Origin: Chitinophaga pinensis
GTDB lineage: Bacteria; Bacteroidota; Bacteroidia; UBA4408
DNA: 64,000 nucleotides
Direction of reading: 5' to 3'
NCBI GenBank assembly: GCA_945872355.1
Contig: CAMBZU010000001.1
Span: 16,676-80,675 of the forward strand
Shown here: piece after piece, positions 11,675 to 20,860 of the stretch
Layout: every line of letters starts with the position of its first letter
Numbering within the stretch: the first letter of the stretch is position 1
Notes under the pieces: generated by a model
Seen by the model: the letters and a program-made list of their open reading frames with translations, nothing else
Told to the model about the DNA's origin: nothing
Databases searched by the model: none
Made by a program: the position numbers and the translations under genes

Positions 11675-11709
11675 TAGACCAGTAGCACGTTTACGACTTA
11701 ATTTTGCAA
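11675..11709. repeat. Right copy of the 35-bp perfect direct repeat
   Basis: Identical to 9249-9283; in frame it would encode ferredoxin ...RLRLNFAKPV*. Confidence 0.9.
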
Positions 11710-11724
11710 AGCCTGTTTAAAAAT

Positions 11725-11760
11725 AAAACCGCCAAAACAATTTTTGCTTTGCGGTTTTAT
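11725..11760. terminator. Probable bidirectional rho-independent terminator
   Basis: aaaaccgc ... gcggtttt stem followed by tttat; sits between convergent genes. Confidence 0.5.
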
Positions 11761-11791
11761 TTACATTCATTGCAGCTAAAACTGCCAATTA

Positions 11792-12259
11792 CTATTTATT
11801 CAATTTTCCTAAGCGTGCTGTAGATTTTACGTGTGTTGTTTTAAGTATAAAACCAATACCTATAATTGGTTTCACAACTTTAATTTCATAAGTAGGATAA
11901 AAAACTACATCATAACCCGGGTTAGCATTCATCATTTCATATAATGAATAGTTTACTGTTTTATCCCCACTTACAAAACCTCCAACTACAGGTAAGCTAG
12001 CTAAATTGATTAAGCTAGAAAAGCTTCCTCCCGCTTCAATGTTTCCAGTTTTTTTGGTAAATATCCTGGCAAAGTCAATCCCAAAAACTCTTGTTGTATT
12101 TGCTTCAGCCGTCAACTGATCTGATAAAGTAAAATCACTTTTAGAAAATTGAACGCGATTGTTAGGCTCACGCATTGATTTGTTAATTGTTGTACAACTG
12201 CTAATTAATGTAGCCAATAATGCTACAAATGCCAATGCCTTAAAGTTCATTTTTTTCAT
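11792..12259 (-). CDS. Hypothetical lipoprotein (paralog-like of 10068-10553)
   Basis: Signal peptide with lipobox (LISSC); C-terminal similarity to the cassette lipoprotein. Confidence 0.5.
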   Translation of the reverse strand: MKKMNFKALAFVALLATLISSCTTINKSMREPNNRVQFSKSDFTLSDQLTAEANTTRVFGIDFARIFTKKTGNIEAGGSFSSLINLASLPVVGGFVSGDKTVNYSLYEMMNANPGYDVVFYPTYEIKVVKPIIGIGFILKTTHVKSTARLGKLNK

Positions 12260-12429
12260 TTTTTTAAATTATTTAATTACCCCTACTCTTATGGATTTTC
12301 GGTTACTCCTATTATCCCAAAAATATATTTGTAGCCAATAATTTTAGACGCTATAACTTAGAACTTATCCTTAATGAGGTGTTAATAATACCTTAAAGTG
12401 CCTTTTTATAGCGCATTGCAGCGTAAAAA

Positions 12430-12912
12430 TTATTTTAAAACGTAACGAAGTGTTAAAGCCCCATCAAACCAAAACTTAGTGTCTGCAGTGAAATTCAATT
12501 CAGGTTTAATATTAATACCTATATTAATAGGGCTTTCTTTAAAGGTATATTCCAAGCCCAAAATGCCATCAATACCTAAATTTATATGCCTTGAAAGGTC
12601 TTCATAAAATACGTTAGCTCTGCGTCCGTTTACAAGCTTAGCATGTGCTCCAAATCCGTAGTACCAATCAAATTTATCAATATCAAACGGATGCCTATGA
12701 TTGAATTCATAGAGTAGCGTAATGCCTGGGCCATAATTAAAGTTTGCAATGCCTTCAATCATATTTTTGGTGTTCAAATAATGTTTAAGTGTAATGCCAT
12801 AATTGTAGCCAGCATTAACACCAATAGCTGTATAGTAAAGTTGCGGTTGTGCTTTTGATGTATTTGCCGCAGCAATTAACAGCAACAAACAAATTGTAAT
12901 TTTCTTTATCAT
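12430..12912 (-). CDS. Small outer-membrane beta-barrel protein
   Basis: Signal peptide (AANTSKAQ), 160 aa, alternating beta-strand pattern, C-terminal aromatic (RYVLK). Confidence 0.55.
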   Translation of the reverse strand: MIKKITICLLLLIAAANTSKAQPQLYYTAIGVNAGYNYGITLKHYLNTKNMIEGIANFNYGPGITLLYEFNHRHPFDIDKFDWYYGFGAHAKLVNGRRANVFYEDLSRHINLGIDGILGLEYTFKESPINIGINIKPELNFTADTKFWFDGALTLRYVLK

Positions 12913-12915
12913 AAT

Positions 12916-14574
12916 TTAAATTGTATAATTTGCAACAATTGGCATTCTTCTACCCATGCCAAAAGCCTTAGGTGATATCCTAATTACAGGCGCAGCCTGC
13001 TTGCGTTTATATTCATTTTTGTTGACCATATTTAAAACTCTTTTTACCAATTTTTCATCATAGCCAAGCTCGCAAATTTCTTCTGCCGACATTTTATTTT
13101 CAATGTATTGAAACAAAATAGCATCTAACATATCGTATTCGGGCAATGAGTCTGAATCTTTTTGATTTGGCCTGAGTTCAGCAGATGGAGGCTTAGTAAG
13201 GGTGTTTATTGGGATAATTTCTTTTTCTTTATTGATATATTCACAAAGCGCATACACTTCTGTTTTATATACATCTCCAATAACAGCAAGGCCACCGCAC
13301 ATATCACCATAAAGAGTACCGTAGCCAACAGCCATTTCGCTTTTATTGCTTGTATTAAGTAAAATATAACCAAATTTATTGCTCAATCCCATTAATATTA
13401 CTCCTCTTAATCTAGCTTGAATGTTTTCTTCTGCTACACTAAATGCGGTGTCAGCAAAGCTTGGTGCTAATGTTTTTAATACCGATTGAAAACTATCTTC
13501 TATTGGAACTACTTGATGTTTGCATGCTAAGTTGTTTACTAAGGCTAAGGCATCATCAATACTATGTGCACTGCTAAAGGCTGATGGCAGCAAAACAGCC
13601 ATTACATTTTCTTTGCCCAGCGCAGCAACAGCAAGTACAAGTGTTAGCGCTGAATCAATACCACCGCTTAAACCTAAAATTGCTTGTTTAAAGTTTTGTT
13701 TGCTAAAATAGTCGCTGATGCCACAAATTAAGGCTTTATAAATTAATTCATTTTTAGATGGAAAAGCGTACTCAACTATGAGTTTTTCATCGCTTTGAAA
13801 AAGATTGAAGTGCTGATAATTCTCTTTAAAAAAAGGGGCAGTGGCAATAAGTTTTCCCTCTTTATTAAATGCACATGAACCGCCATCAAAAACTAATTCT
13901 GTTTGAGCGCCACAATGATTTACATAAATTAAAGGCAGTTGATATTTAATGGCATTTCTTTGAAGTACCTTTAGTCTAGTTTTATGTTGCACATAACTAA
14001 AGGGCGAGGCCGCAATATTAATGATGCAGTCGGGGTTTAATTTCATTAGCTCTTGCATAGGGCTAATGGTATACATTTTAGCATGATTTAATGGGGTAAA
14101 TGTTTCATCTTGTTGGTCCCATAAATCTTCACATATGGTAAGTGCAATTTTATGGTTATTAAATGCTATTATTTCAAAGTTGATATTTGGCTCAAAATAC
14201 CTGTACTCGTCAAATACATCATAATTTGGGAGCAATGTTTTTTTAATTATTTTTTCAATGCATTTATTGTTTAAAAAATAGGCGGCATTAAAAAGTCTTT
14301 TTCCGGTTTCATTATTATTTATGGCTGGTGCTCCAATAATTGCTGCTATTCCATCGCAATGCATGGCTATAAGTGCAATTGTTTTTGAACATTCTTCAAT
14401 AAAATGATTGGATTCTAAAAAATCTAGGGGAGGATAACCACAGAGCGATAATTCTGGAAAAACGATTAAATCAACCGAATCAACTTTAGCGATGTTGATT
14501 TGTTCAATTATTTTAGCGGCATTCGCATTAAAATTACCAATATGAAAGTTAAGTTGTGCCCAGGCAATTTTCAT
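12916..14574 (-). CDS. nadE: Glutamine-dependent NAD+ synthetase
   Basis: 552 aa; N-terminal CN-hydrolase domain plus C-terminal PP-loop SGGIDS. Confidence 0.9.
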   Translation of the reverse strand: MKIAWAQLNFHIGNFNANAAKIIEQINIAKVDSVDLIVFPELSLCGYPPLDFLESNHFIEECSKTIALIAMHCDGIAAIIGAPAINNNETGKRLFNAAYFLNNKCIEKIIKKTLLPNYDVFDEYRYFEPNINFEIIAFNNHKIALTICEDLWDQQDETFTPLNHAKMYTISPMQELMKLNPDCIINIAASPFSYVQHKTRLKVLQRNAIKYQLPLIYVNHCGAQTELVFDGGSCAFNKEGKLIATAPFFKENYQHFNLFQSDEKLIVEYAFPSKNELIYKALICGISDYFSKQNFKQAILGLSGGIDSALTLVLAVAALGKENVMAVLLPSAFSSAHSIDDALALVNNLACKHQVVPIEDSFQSVLKTLAPSFADTAFSVAEENIQARLRGVILMGLSNKFGYILLNTSNKSEMAVGYGTLYGDMCGGLAVIGDVYKTEVYALCEYINKEKEIIPINTLTKPPSAELRPNQKDSDSLPEYDMLDAILFQYIENKMSAEEICELGYDEKLVKRVLNMVNKNEYKRKQAAPVIRISPKAFGMGRRMPIVANYTI

Positions 14575-14636
14575 TTCTTTAGATATATAAAAGCCTTGCT
14601 ACTATTCAATAAAAAGACTTTAGTAGCTTAAAATTT

Positions 14637-15428
14637 CTAAAATAAAATTCCTATGTTTAATTGGAAGAAATTAGATTTAGCATTTTGCTGTAGGGCCTGA
14701 CCTTTTTTGGCAAGAGATTTAATTGTTTCTGATTCTTTCTTTAAAACATTTGTAAAGCCGTTTTGAAAATTCAAACTTGCAAAAAGAGCTGTTGTTCCTG
14801 CTATTCTATATTCAGCGCCAGCGCCAACATTTAAACCTGCTCTAAAAAAACTCATATCTTTGGTTACAATTAAATCTGGAATTTCATAATCGTTCACCAC
14901 AGTAATTATAGTGTCTTTATAGTTTACTAGTGTGCCAATATCATTGGCTTTTACTTTTCCTCTAATAGAAAGGTTTAATCCAAACATCCCAAAATAGGTA
15001 AAAGCGCCAACTTCTGGAGTTCTCATTTTTAGCAGAAGCGGAATATCAACGTAAGTAATTTTATAACTTCTTTGAGCAATAAGATATCTATCAAAGCTAC
15101 CTGTAACAGGCAATGTATATTCCGAAGGATCATAAAAAGCTGAATCGGCTGCATTGGCAAAATTTAGTCTTCCTCCAGTATAGTTAACTTCTAAACCGGT
15201 AGAAAAACTTGCAACTGAGGTTAATCTAAACTCAGCAACTAAGCCATATGCAAATTTTAGCAAGCTGCCATCGCTTAATAATTTTTTCTTATCATCTGGT
15301 TTCATCCAAGCAATAGATGGTGCCATTTTTAGCCCAAATCTAAATTTTTGCGCTTCAGCTTTGTCCTGCGCAATTAGTTTTCCAAAAATCATTGAAAAAC
15401 ATATAGTAAATAAGAAAAGCTTTTTCAT
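14637..15428 (-). CDS. Outer-membrane beta-barrel (porin-family) protein
   Basis: Signal peptide (MKKLFLFTICFSMIFGKLIAQ, probable start at the internal Met); beta-strand periodicity; C-terminal ...NIGILF. Confidence 0.55.
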   Translation of the reverse strand: MKKLFLFTICFSMIFGKLIAQDKAEAQKFRFGLKMAPSIAWMKPDDKKKLLSDGSLLKFAYGLVAEFRLTSVASFSTGLEVNYTGGRLNFANAADSAFYDPSEYTLPVTGSFDRYLIAQRSYKITYVDIPLLLKMRTPEVGAFTYFGMFGLNLSIRGKVKANDIGTLVNYKDTIITVVNDYEIPDLIVTKDMSFFRAGLNVGAGAEYRIAGTTALFASLNFQNGFTNVLKKESETIKSLAKKGQALQQNAKSNFFQLNIGILF

Positions 15429-15476
15429 ACTTTTGAACGTTTTTTTTATATAGTACAATATTAAGTATAATTTTTA

Positions 15477-16496
15477 ATGAAGCATACCACTAAGATTTTT
15501 TTGTTGTTAACAGTGCTTTGTTATATTTCATGCGATAACAAAACAAAGCATCAGGTGCCAGAGGAGGTTATTGAAAAAGCTTTTTCACTTAAAATAAATA
15601 GATTCGATAAAGATTTATTTGCATTGAAGTTAGATTCAGGTAAAATGAATGTTTCGGCTATGGCCCAGCAATATCCCGACTTTTTTTATTTATTTACCCA
15701 ACGGATTATTAATATTGGCGATTCATCAAACCAGCAACTGCCAAAACTTTTGCAAGGGTTTTTAAACGATCAATACATTAATGAAATGTATAATGAAGTT
15801 AATCATTCTTTCCCTGATTTAAATCAATATAACCAAGCACTAACACAAGCTTTTAAAGGATATCATTATTTTTTTCCTCAAGCTAAGGTGCCTGAAATTA
15901 CATACTTTGTATCGGGCTATAATTTTGCTAATGTAACCACAGCAAATACGCTGGGTATTGGTCTTGAAATGTATTTAGGTAGCGCTTATAAACCATATAC
16001 CTTGATGGAAATTCCTGTATATAAACAAAAGTTAATGAGCAAAGATTATTTAATTGCTGATGCAATGCAAGCCTGGATAGCAACAGAGTTTGAAAAGGAG
16101 GAAGATTATGCTACGCTTTTACATCAAATCTTGCATCGTGCAAAGGTTATATATACAATGGAAAGTTTAATGCCAACCCTGCCCGATACTATCATATTTG
16201 GGTACTCGGCGGCTCAATTAAAGTGGTGCCAAAACAACGAATCAAAAATATGGGCGCATTTTATTGAGAAAAAACTATTGTTTGCACAGTTAAAAGGGGA
16301 TAGTTATAAATACATAAATGAAGGTCCTTTTACTGCTGGGTTTCCAAGAGAATCTCCCGGAAAGCTAGGTGTTTGGCTGGGCTATCAAATTGTAAAAAAA
16401 TACATTGACCAACAGCCAAAAATTACATTAAAGCAATTGCTCGATAATCATAACGCACAACAAATATTAACCCAATCAAAATATAAACCTAAGTAA
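15477..16496 (+). CDS. gldB: Gliding motility lipoprotein GldB
   Basis: Lipoprotein signal (YISC), RFDKDLF, ESPGKLGVWLGYQIV and C-terminal SKYKPK match Flavobacterium GldB; followed by gldC as in F. johnsoniae. Confidence 0.75.
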   Translation: MKHTTKIFLLLTVLCYISCDNKTKHQVPEEVIEKAFSLKINRFDKDLFALKLDSGKMNVSAMAQQYPDFFYLFTQRIINIGDSSNQQLPKLLQGFLNDQYINEMYNEVNHSFPDLNQYNQALTQAFKGYHYFFPQAKVPEITYFVSGYNFANVTTANTLGIGLEMYLGSAYKPYTLMEIPVYKQKLMSKDYLIADAMQAWIATEFEKEEDYATLLHQILHRAKVIYTMESLMPTLPDTIIFGYSAAQLKWCQNNESKIWAHFIEKKLLFAQLKGDSYKYINEGPFTAGFPRESPGKLGVWLGYQIVKKYIDQQPKITLKQLLDNHNAQQILTQSKYKPK

Positions 16497-16505
16497 GTAA
16501 GTAAT

Positions 16506-16850
16506 ATGAAAACCTCTGAAATAAATATAAAAGTTGTAACTGATGTTAACCATTTGCCTGAGCATATTACTTGGCAAGCCACCGACTCAGGAATGGAAGG
16601 AGAAAATGAGTGCAAGGCAATAATGATGGCTATTTGGGATGCTGATAACCAAAATACATTGAAAATTGATTTGTGGACAAAAGATATGATGGTTGAAGAA
16701 ATGAAATTATTTTTTTATCAAACCATGTTAAGTATGTCGGCTACGCTTGAAAGGGCTACAGGTGATAGCTCATCGGCGGCAGATTTAAGAGAGTTCTGCA
16801 AACATCTAGGTCAAAAAATGGAAATAGAAACTACACCTCCTAAAAGTTAA
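16506..16850 (+). CDS. gldC: Gliding motility-associated protein GldC
   Basis: 114 aa, IKVVTDVNHLPEHITWQATDSG resembles the GldC N-terminus; operonic with gldB. Confidence 0.7.
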   Translation: MKTSEINIKVVTDVNHLPEHITWQATDSGMEGENECKAIMMAIWDADNQNTLKIDLWTKDMMVEEMKLFFYQTMLSMSATLERATGDSSSAADLREFCKHLGQKMEIETTPPKS

Positions 16851-16853
16851 TCA

Positions 16854-17816
16854 TTAGCTTCTTGTACAACACTTGATAATAGCTGCTGCCAATACTTGTG
16901 CTAGTTTTATGTTAGACTGATGTGACCATCCTGCAATATGCGGTGTAAGTATTACTTTTGGAGATGCAAAAAGTGCTTTTATAGTGGCGTTTTGATGCGA
17001 AGCATTTAAATGTTCAAAGGAGGTATCCTCATATTCTAGCACATCCAAACACATTCCTTTTATTTTGTTTTCCTCCATCAAGCGCATTGCATCTGCTGTA
17101 TTTAATATTTTGCCACGCGCAGTATTAATTAAATAGATGGGCAATTTAAAAGCTGATAGCCATTGGTAGTTAATCATACCATTGGTTTCATTTGTTAATG
17201 GGATATGAAAAGAAATAACATTGGCTTCATTTTGTATGCGTTCCAAAGTAGACTCTTCGATCCATTGAGAGGCACCAATGTAATTACTTTTGTATTTATC
17301 GTACACCAAAACTTTTACATCAAAACCTTGCAATCTCTTTGCAAATGCGCTCCCCATATTGCCATAACCAATAATGCCAACTGTTTTACCTGCCAATTCT
17401 TCACCTCTATTGGCTTCTCTATGCCATTGATATTGCTTTACTTCTGCGTCTGCTTTATTAATGTTGTTAAATAAATTAAGGAGCATGCCAATGGCGTGTT
17501 CAGCCACTGCATCCATATTTCCGGCAGCAGCATGTAAACATTGTATATTTTTACTTTCAGCATAGGCCACATCAATATTTTCCATGCCAGCACCATAGCG
17601 GGCAATAAACTTCAACTCTTTTGCAGCATCAATAATTTCTTTGTCAATTGTAATTCTGCTCCGTATAATTAATCCTTTATAATTAGGTAGCTCTTTGCTT
17701 ATTTTTTCTTTATCCCAATCGTAACCTTCAGTTAGTATAAAGCCTTGTTCAATAAGCAATTTATGAAGCAAAGGATGCACTGTGTCTATCACAAGAATGG
17801 GCCAGTTGTTATACAT
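16854..17816 (-). CDS. D-isomer-specific 2-hydroxyacid dehydrogenase (NAD-binding)
   Basis: GIIGYGNMGSAFAKRL Rossmann motif and catalytic His region; probable start at the internal Met (MYNNW). Confidence 0.8.
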   Translation of the reverse strand: MYNNWPILVIDTVHPLLHKLLIEQGFILTEGYDWDKEKISKELPNYKGLIIRSRITIDKEIIDAAKELKFIARYGAGMENIDVAYAESKNIQCLHAAAGNMDAVAEHAIGMLLNLFNNINKADAEVKQYQWHREANRGEELAGKTVGIIGYGNMGSAFAKRLQGFDVKVLVYDKYKSNYIGASQWIEESTLERIQNEANVISFHIPLTNETNGMINYQWLSAFKLPIYLINTARGKILNTADAMRLMEENKIKGMCLDVLEYEDTSFEHLNASHQNATIKALFASPKVILTPHIAGWSHQSNIKLAQVLAAAIIKCCTRS

Positions 17817-17820
17817 CTTT

Positions 17821-18303
17821 TTATTTTTTTTCGTAGGTAATGAAAGAAAAATTATAGGCATGATTATCATCAATAAAGTGATCTTCCCTGCCTGTTTCTA
17901 ACCAAATATTTGGGTCAATTGCCGGGAAAAAAGTATCTCCTTCAAAATCATGATGCACGCGAGTAATATATAACTTGTGAGTTAAATGCATGCTTTGGGC
18001 ATAAATATTTGCACCACCAACAATAAATACATCTTCTGAATCAGCATTGGCAATGGCTTCTTTAAGGTTTGTAACAAGCAAACAACCTGGGGCAAGGAAA
18101 TTAGCATTTGAACTAATTACAATATTTTTTCTTTTCGGCAAAGCTTTGCCAATACTTTCAAAGGTTTTACGACCCATGATAATAGTGGAATTCAGCGTTG
18201 TTTTTTTAAAAAATTGCAAATCGGCAGGTAAGTGCCAAATCAATTGGTTGTTTAGTCCAATGGCATTGTTTTGAGCAACGGCAGCTATAATAGATATTTT
18301 CAA
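17821..18303 (-). CDS. folA: Dihydrofolate reductase
   Basis: ISIIAAVAQNNAIGLNNQLIWHLPADLQFFKKTT..IMGRKTFESIG canonical DHFR N-terminus; 160 aa. Confidence 0.9.
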   Translation of the reverse strand: MKISIIAAVAQNNAIGLNNQLIWHLPADLQFFKKTTLNSTIIMGRKTFESIGKALPKRKNIVISSNANFLAPGCLLVTNLKEAIANADSEDVFIVGGANIYAQSMHLTHKLYITRVHHDFEGDTFFPAIDPNIWLETGREDHFIDDNHAYNFSFITYEKK

Positions 18304-18366
18304 GGGATGTTATTTTAGGCAAAGGTATTAGCCTATTTTAATAATTCAAATTTACTATTGTTTTAC

Positions 18367-19101
18367 TCAACGATAATCAGCATTTCCTGTGTAATCGTCA
18401 AAGCACCTACTTACTTTGTAATATAAATCATAATCATTGGCATAATTTACCATGTCTTCGGTAATTTTACAAAACATGATAAAGGCGCGCTCATCAAATT
18501 TTGATAAATCTATTTTTTTTGCACTAAAGAAATAAGCCAATCTCCTTTCTGCCTTTTCAAAAAACAATTCTCTTTTGTAAATTTCAATTAATTTTTGGCG
18601 TTCTCTACCTTCCTTACTGTATTCGTAGTACAAAGCACTAATAGGACTTGTAAGCGGTGGCGCTGGAACATTAATAAATCTTTCGTAAAAATTTTTCTGA
18701 TTTTGACTAAGCTCCTTGGGGCTTATCATTACGGTATTTAAGTTATAGGTTTTGGCAAAAAGGATGATGCCTTGATGAATTTTATAACTTGGCAATGCTA
18801 TAATGTCTTTAGTTGAAATTTTGCGTGCTATGTATCCAATACAACTAATTAAAATAGTATCGGTAGTACTTGCTTTTAATTCAAAATAACCTTTATCAGA
18901 AGTTACAGTGCCAACGCCACTTTTTTTATTTACAACATAGGCAAAGGGAATACTTGTACTGCTATCTTTTTCAGTAATATAACCTTTAATCATAATACTT
19001 TGAGCAATGCACTTATCTGATAAGACAAAGCAAAGGATAACTCCCAAAATAGAATGGATTGATAATAGTCTCAAGAATTTAAATCTAATTATTTGGTGCA
19101 A
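18367..19101 (-). CDS. Hypothetical secreted protein with carboxypeptidase-regulatory-like domain
   Basis: Signal peptide; IKGYITEKDSSTSIPFAYVV..GTVTSDKGYFEL resembles the CarboxypepD_reg fold. Confidence 0.45.
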   Translation of the reverse strand: MHQIIRFKFLRLLSIHSILGVILCFVLSDKCIAQSIMIKGYITEKDSSTSIPFAYVVNKKSGVGTVTSDKGYFELKASTTDTILISCIGYIARKISTKDIIALPSYKIHQGIILFAKTYNLNTVMISPKELSQNQKNFYERFINVPAPPLTSPISALYYEYSKEGRERQKLIEIYKRELFFEKAERRLAYFFSAKKIDLSKFDERAFIMFCKITEDMVNYANDYDLYYKVSRCFDDYTGNADYR

Positions 19102-19195
19102 GTTATATTAAAAGTTTTATACCTAAGACTTGTTATATTATTTTTGCATTTTTAAAGGTTTCAAAAGAGCTAAACAATATTAAATTAATCACAAA

Positions 19196-19990
19196 ATGTG
19201 TGGACGTTATGTCGTAGTTCAAAAATGGGAAGAGCTTGAGCTTGCTTTTCATCCCATTGCAATTAATGTAACTGATACTTTTGTTGCTAATTATAATACC
19301 GGTCCCGGAAGTTATGCTCCTGTAGTTGTTTTAAAAAATGGATTTACAGCTTTAGTTAATATGCAATTTGGACTCACCCCATTTTGGGCAAAGAAAAAAA
19401 TGTATCTGTTTAATGCGCGTGCAGAAGGTGATGGTAATGTTACTGATGATATAAACTACACAGGCGGAAAAGGAATCATTACTAAACCGGCCTTTAGAAA
19501 ACCAATTAGAGAGCAACGTTGTTTGGTTGTTGCAAATGCTTTTATGGAAGGTTCAAAGCTTGAAAAACTAGCTAAACCTTATTTATGTTATTTGCGAAAT
19601 AGAGAGCGCTTTTGCATGGCAGGTATTTATGATGTATTTATTGATAAAGACACAGGTGAAGAAACCCATTCCTTTGCAATTATTACCACTGTGGCAAATG
19701 AACTTATGCAAAAAATAGGGCATCATAGAAGTCCGGTTATATTGGAACAAGCAGACGAAATGAAATGGTTGCAATCAACAAATTTGTCGGAAATAACCGC
19801 TATGCTCAAGCCCTATCCAGCGCATTTAATGAATGCCTATCCTATAGATGCAGCCATTAAAAATCAAAAAAATAATGCACCTGAATTTTTAAAACCTGTT
19901 GGTGCAACATTATTGACAGAAACAGCACAAGTAATGGTTGCTGAAGATTATTACTGGAATAAAAGTAAACGAAATTTAAGAAAGGAGTAG
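19196..19990 (+). CDS. SOS-response-associated peptidase (SRAP/YedK family)
   Basis: Starts MCGRY (catalytic Cys2), 264 aa. Confidence 0.8.
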   Translation: MCGRYVVVQKWEELELAFHPIAINVTDTFVANYNTGPGSYAPVVVLKNGFTALVNMQFGLTPFWAKKKMYLFNARAEGDGNVTDDINYTGGKGIITKPAFRKPIREQRCLVVANAFMEGSKLEKLAKPYLCYLRNRERFCMAGIYDVFIDKDTGEETHSFAIITTVANELMQKIGHHRSPVILEQADEMKWLQSTNLSEITAMLKPYPAHLMNAYPIDAAIKNQKNNAPEFLKPVGATLLTETAQVMVAEDYYWNKSKRNLRKE

Positions 19991-20154
19991 TTTTATTTCC
20001 GACAAAAAAAACAAAAATGCTGCATCAGCAATAATTAATTAACATAGCAGCTTCAATTCAATAACCTGAGCCACATGGATAGTTAGAGATCAAATGAACT
20101 GTGCAATTAAACTTGGCCATTTTATTTTAATTTTAATTTTTTTTGGGACTAAAA

Positions 20155-20170
20155 TTTAGACAAGTCTAAA
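20155..20170. promoter_or_regulatory. Candidate operator palindrome TTTAGAC-AA-GTCTAAA upstream of the DtxR/MntR-family gene
   Basis: Perfect 7-2-7 inverted repeat about 30 bp upstream of the start codon at 20201. Confidence 0.4.
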
Positions 20171-20200
20171 AATATATTTATATTTGTATAAATAATTAAA

Positions 20201-20860
20201 ATGTCATCTCAAACTCAAGAAAATTATTTAAAGTGTATTTATAAAATATCCGAAAAGTATGCGGAGGGTGCTTCTACAAATGCTATTGCCGAAGGATTGG
20301 AAACAAAGCCCGCTACAGTGACAGATATGCTTAAGAAGTTAGCAGCGCAAAAGTTGATTAATTACCAAAAATACCAAGCTGTTACGCTTACGCCTAAAGG
20401 AAGAAAAGCAGCTTTAAATATTGTTAGAAATCATCGTTTGTGGGAAGTTTTTTTAGTTGATAAACTTAAATTTAGCTGGAATGAAGTACATGATGTTGCT
20501 GAGCAATTAGAGCATATTAAATCTGAGGAACTAATTAATCGTTTAGATGTTTTTTTAGGGACACCCAAATTTGATCCACATGGTGATCCCATTCCTAACA
20601 AGGCAGGAAAAATTATAAATAACAAAGCAACTCCACTTAATGAATCAAAAGTTGGATTAAAGTTAATTGTAGCAGGTGTTTCGGAGCATAGCACTGATTT
20701 TTTGGCTTACCTTAATGAAGTTAATTTAACCTTAGGCCAAAAGGTTGTTGTTAAAAAAGTAGTCGCATTTGATCAATCGATGCAACTCATCATCAATAAA
20801 AAGGATATATTGTTTATTAGCCATCAAGTGGCAAAAAATATTTTAGTGGTATGTCAGTAA
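20201..20860 (+). CDS. DtxR/MntR-family metal-dependent transcriptional repressor with C-terminal FeoA-like domain
   Basis: N-terminal wHTH (ENYLKCIY..STNAIAEGLETKPATVTDMLKKL) and metal-binding helix; overlaps the start of the Nramp gene by 10 nt. Confidence 0.8.
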   Translation: MSSQTQENYLKCIYKISEKYAEGASTNAIAEGLETKPATVTDMLKKLAAQKLINYQKYQAVTLTPKGRKAALNIVRNHRLWEVFLVDKLKFSWNEVHDVAEQLEHIKSEELINRLDVFLGTPKFDPHGDPIPNKAGKIINNKATPLNESKVGLKLIVAGVSEHSTDFLAYLNEVNLTLGQKVVVKKVVAFDQSMQLIINKKDILFISHQVAKNILVVCQ

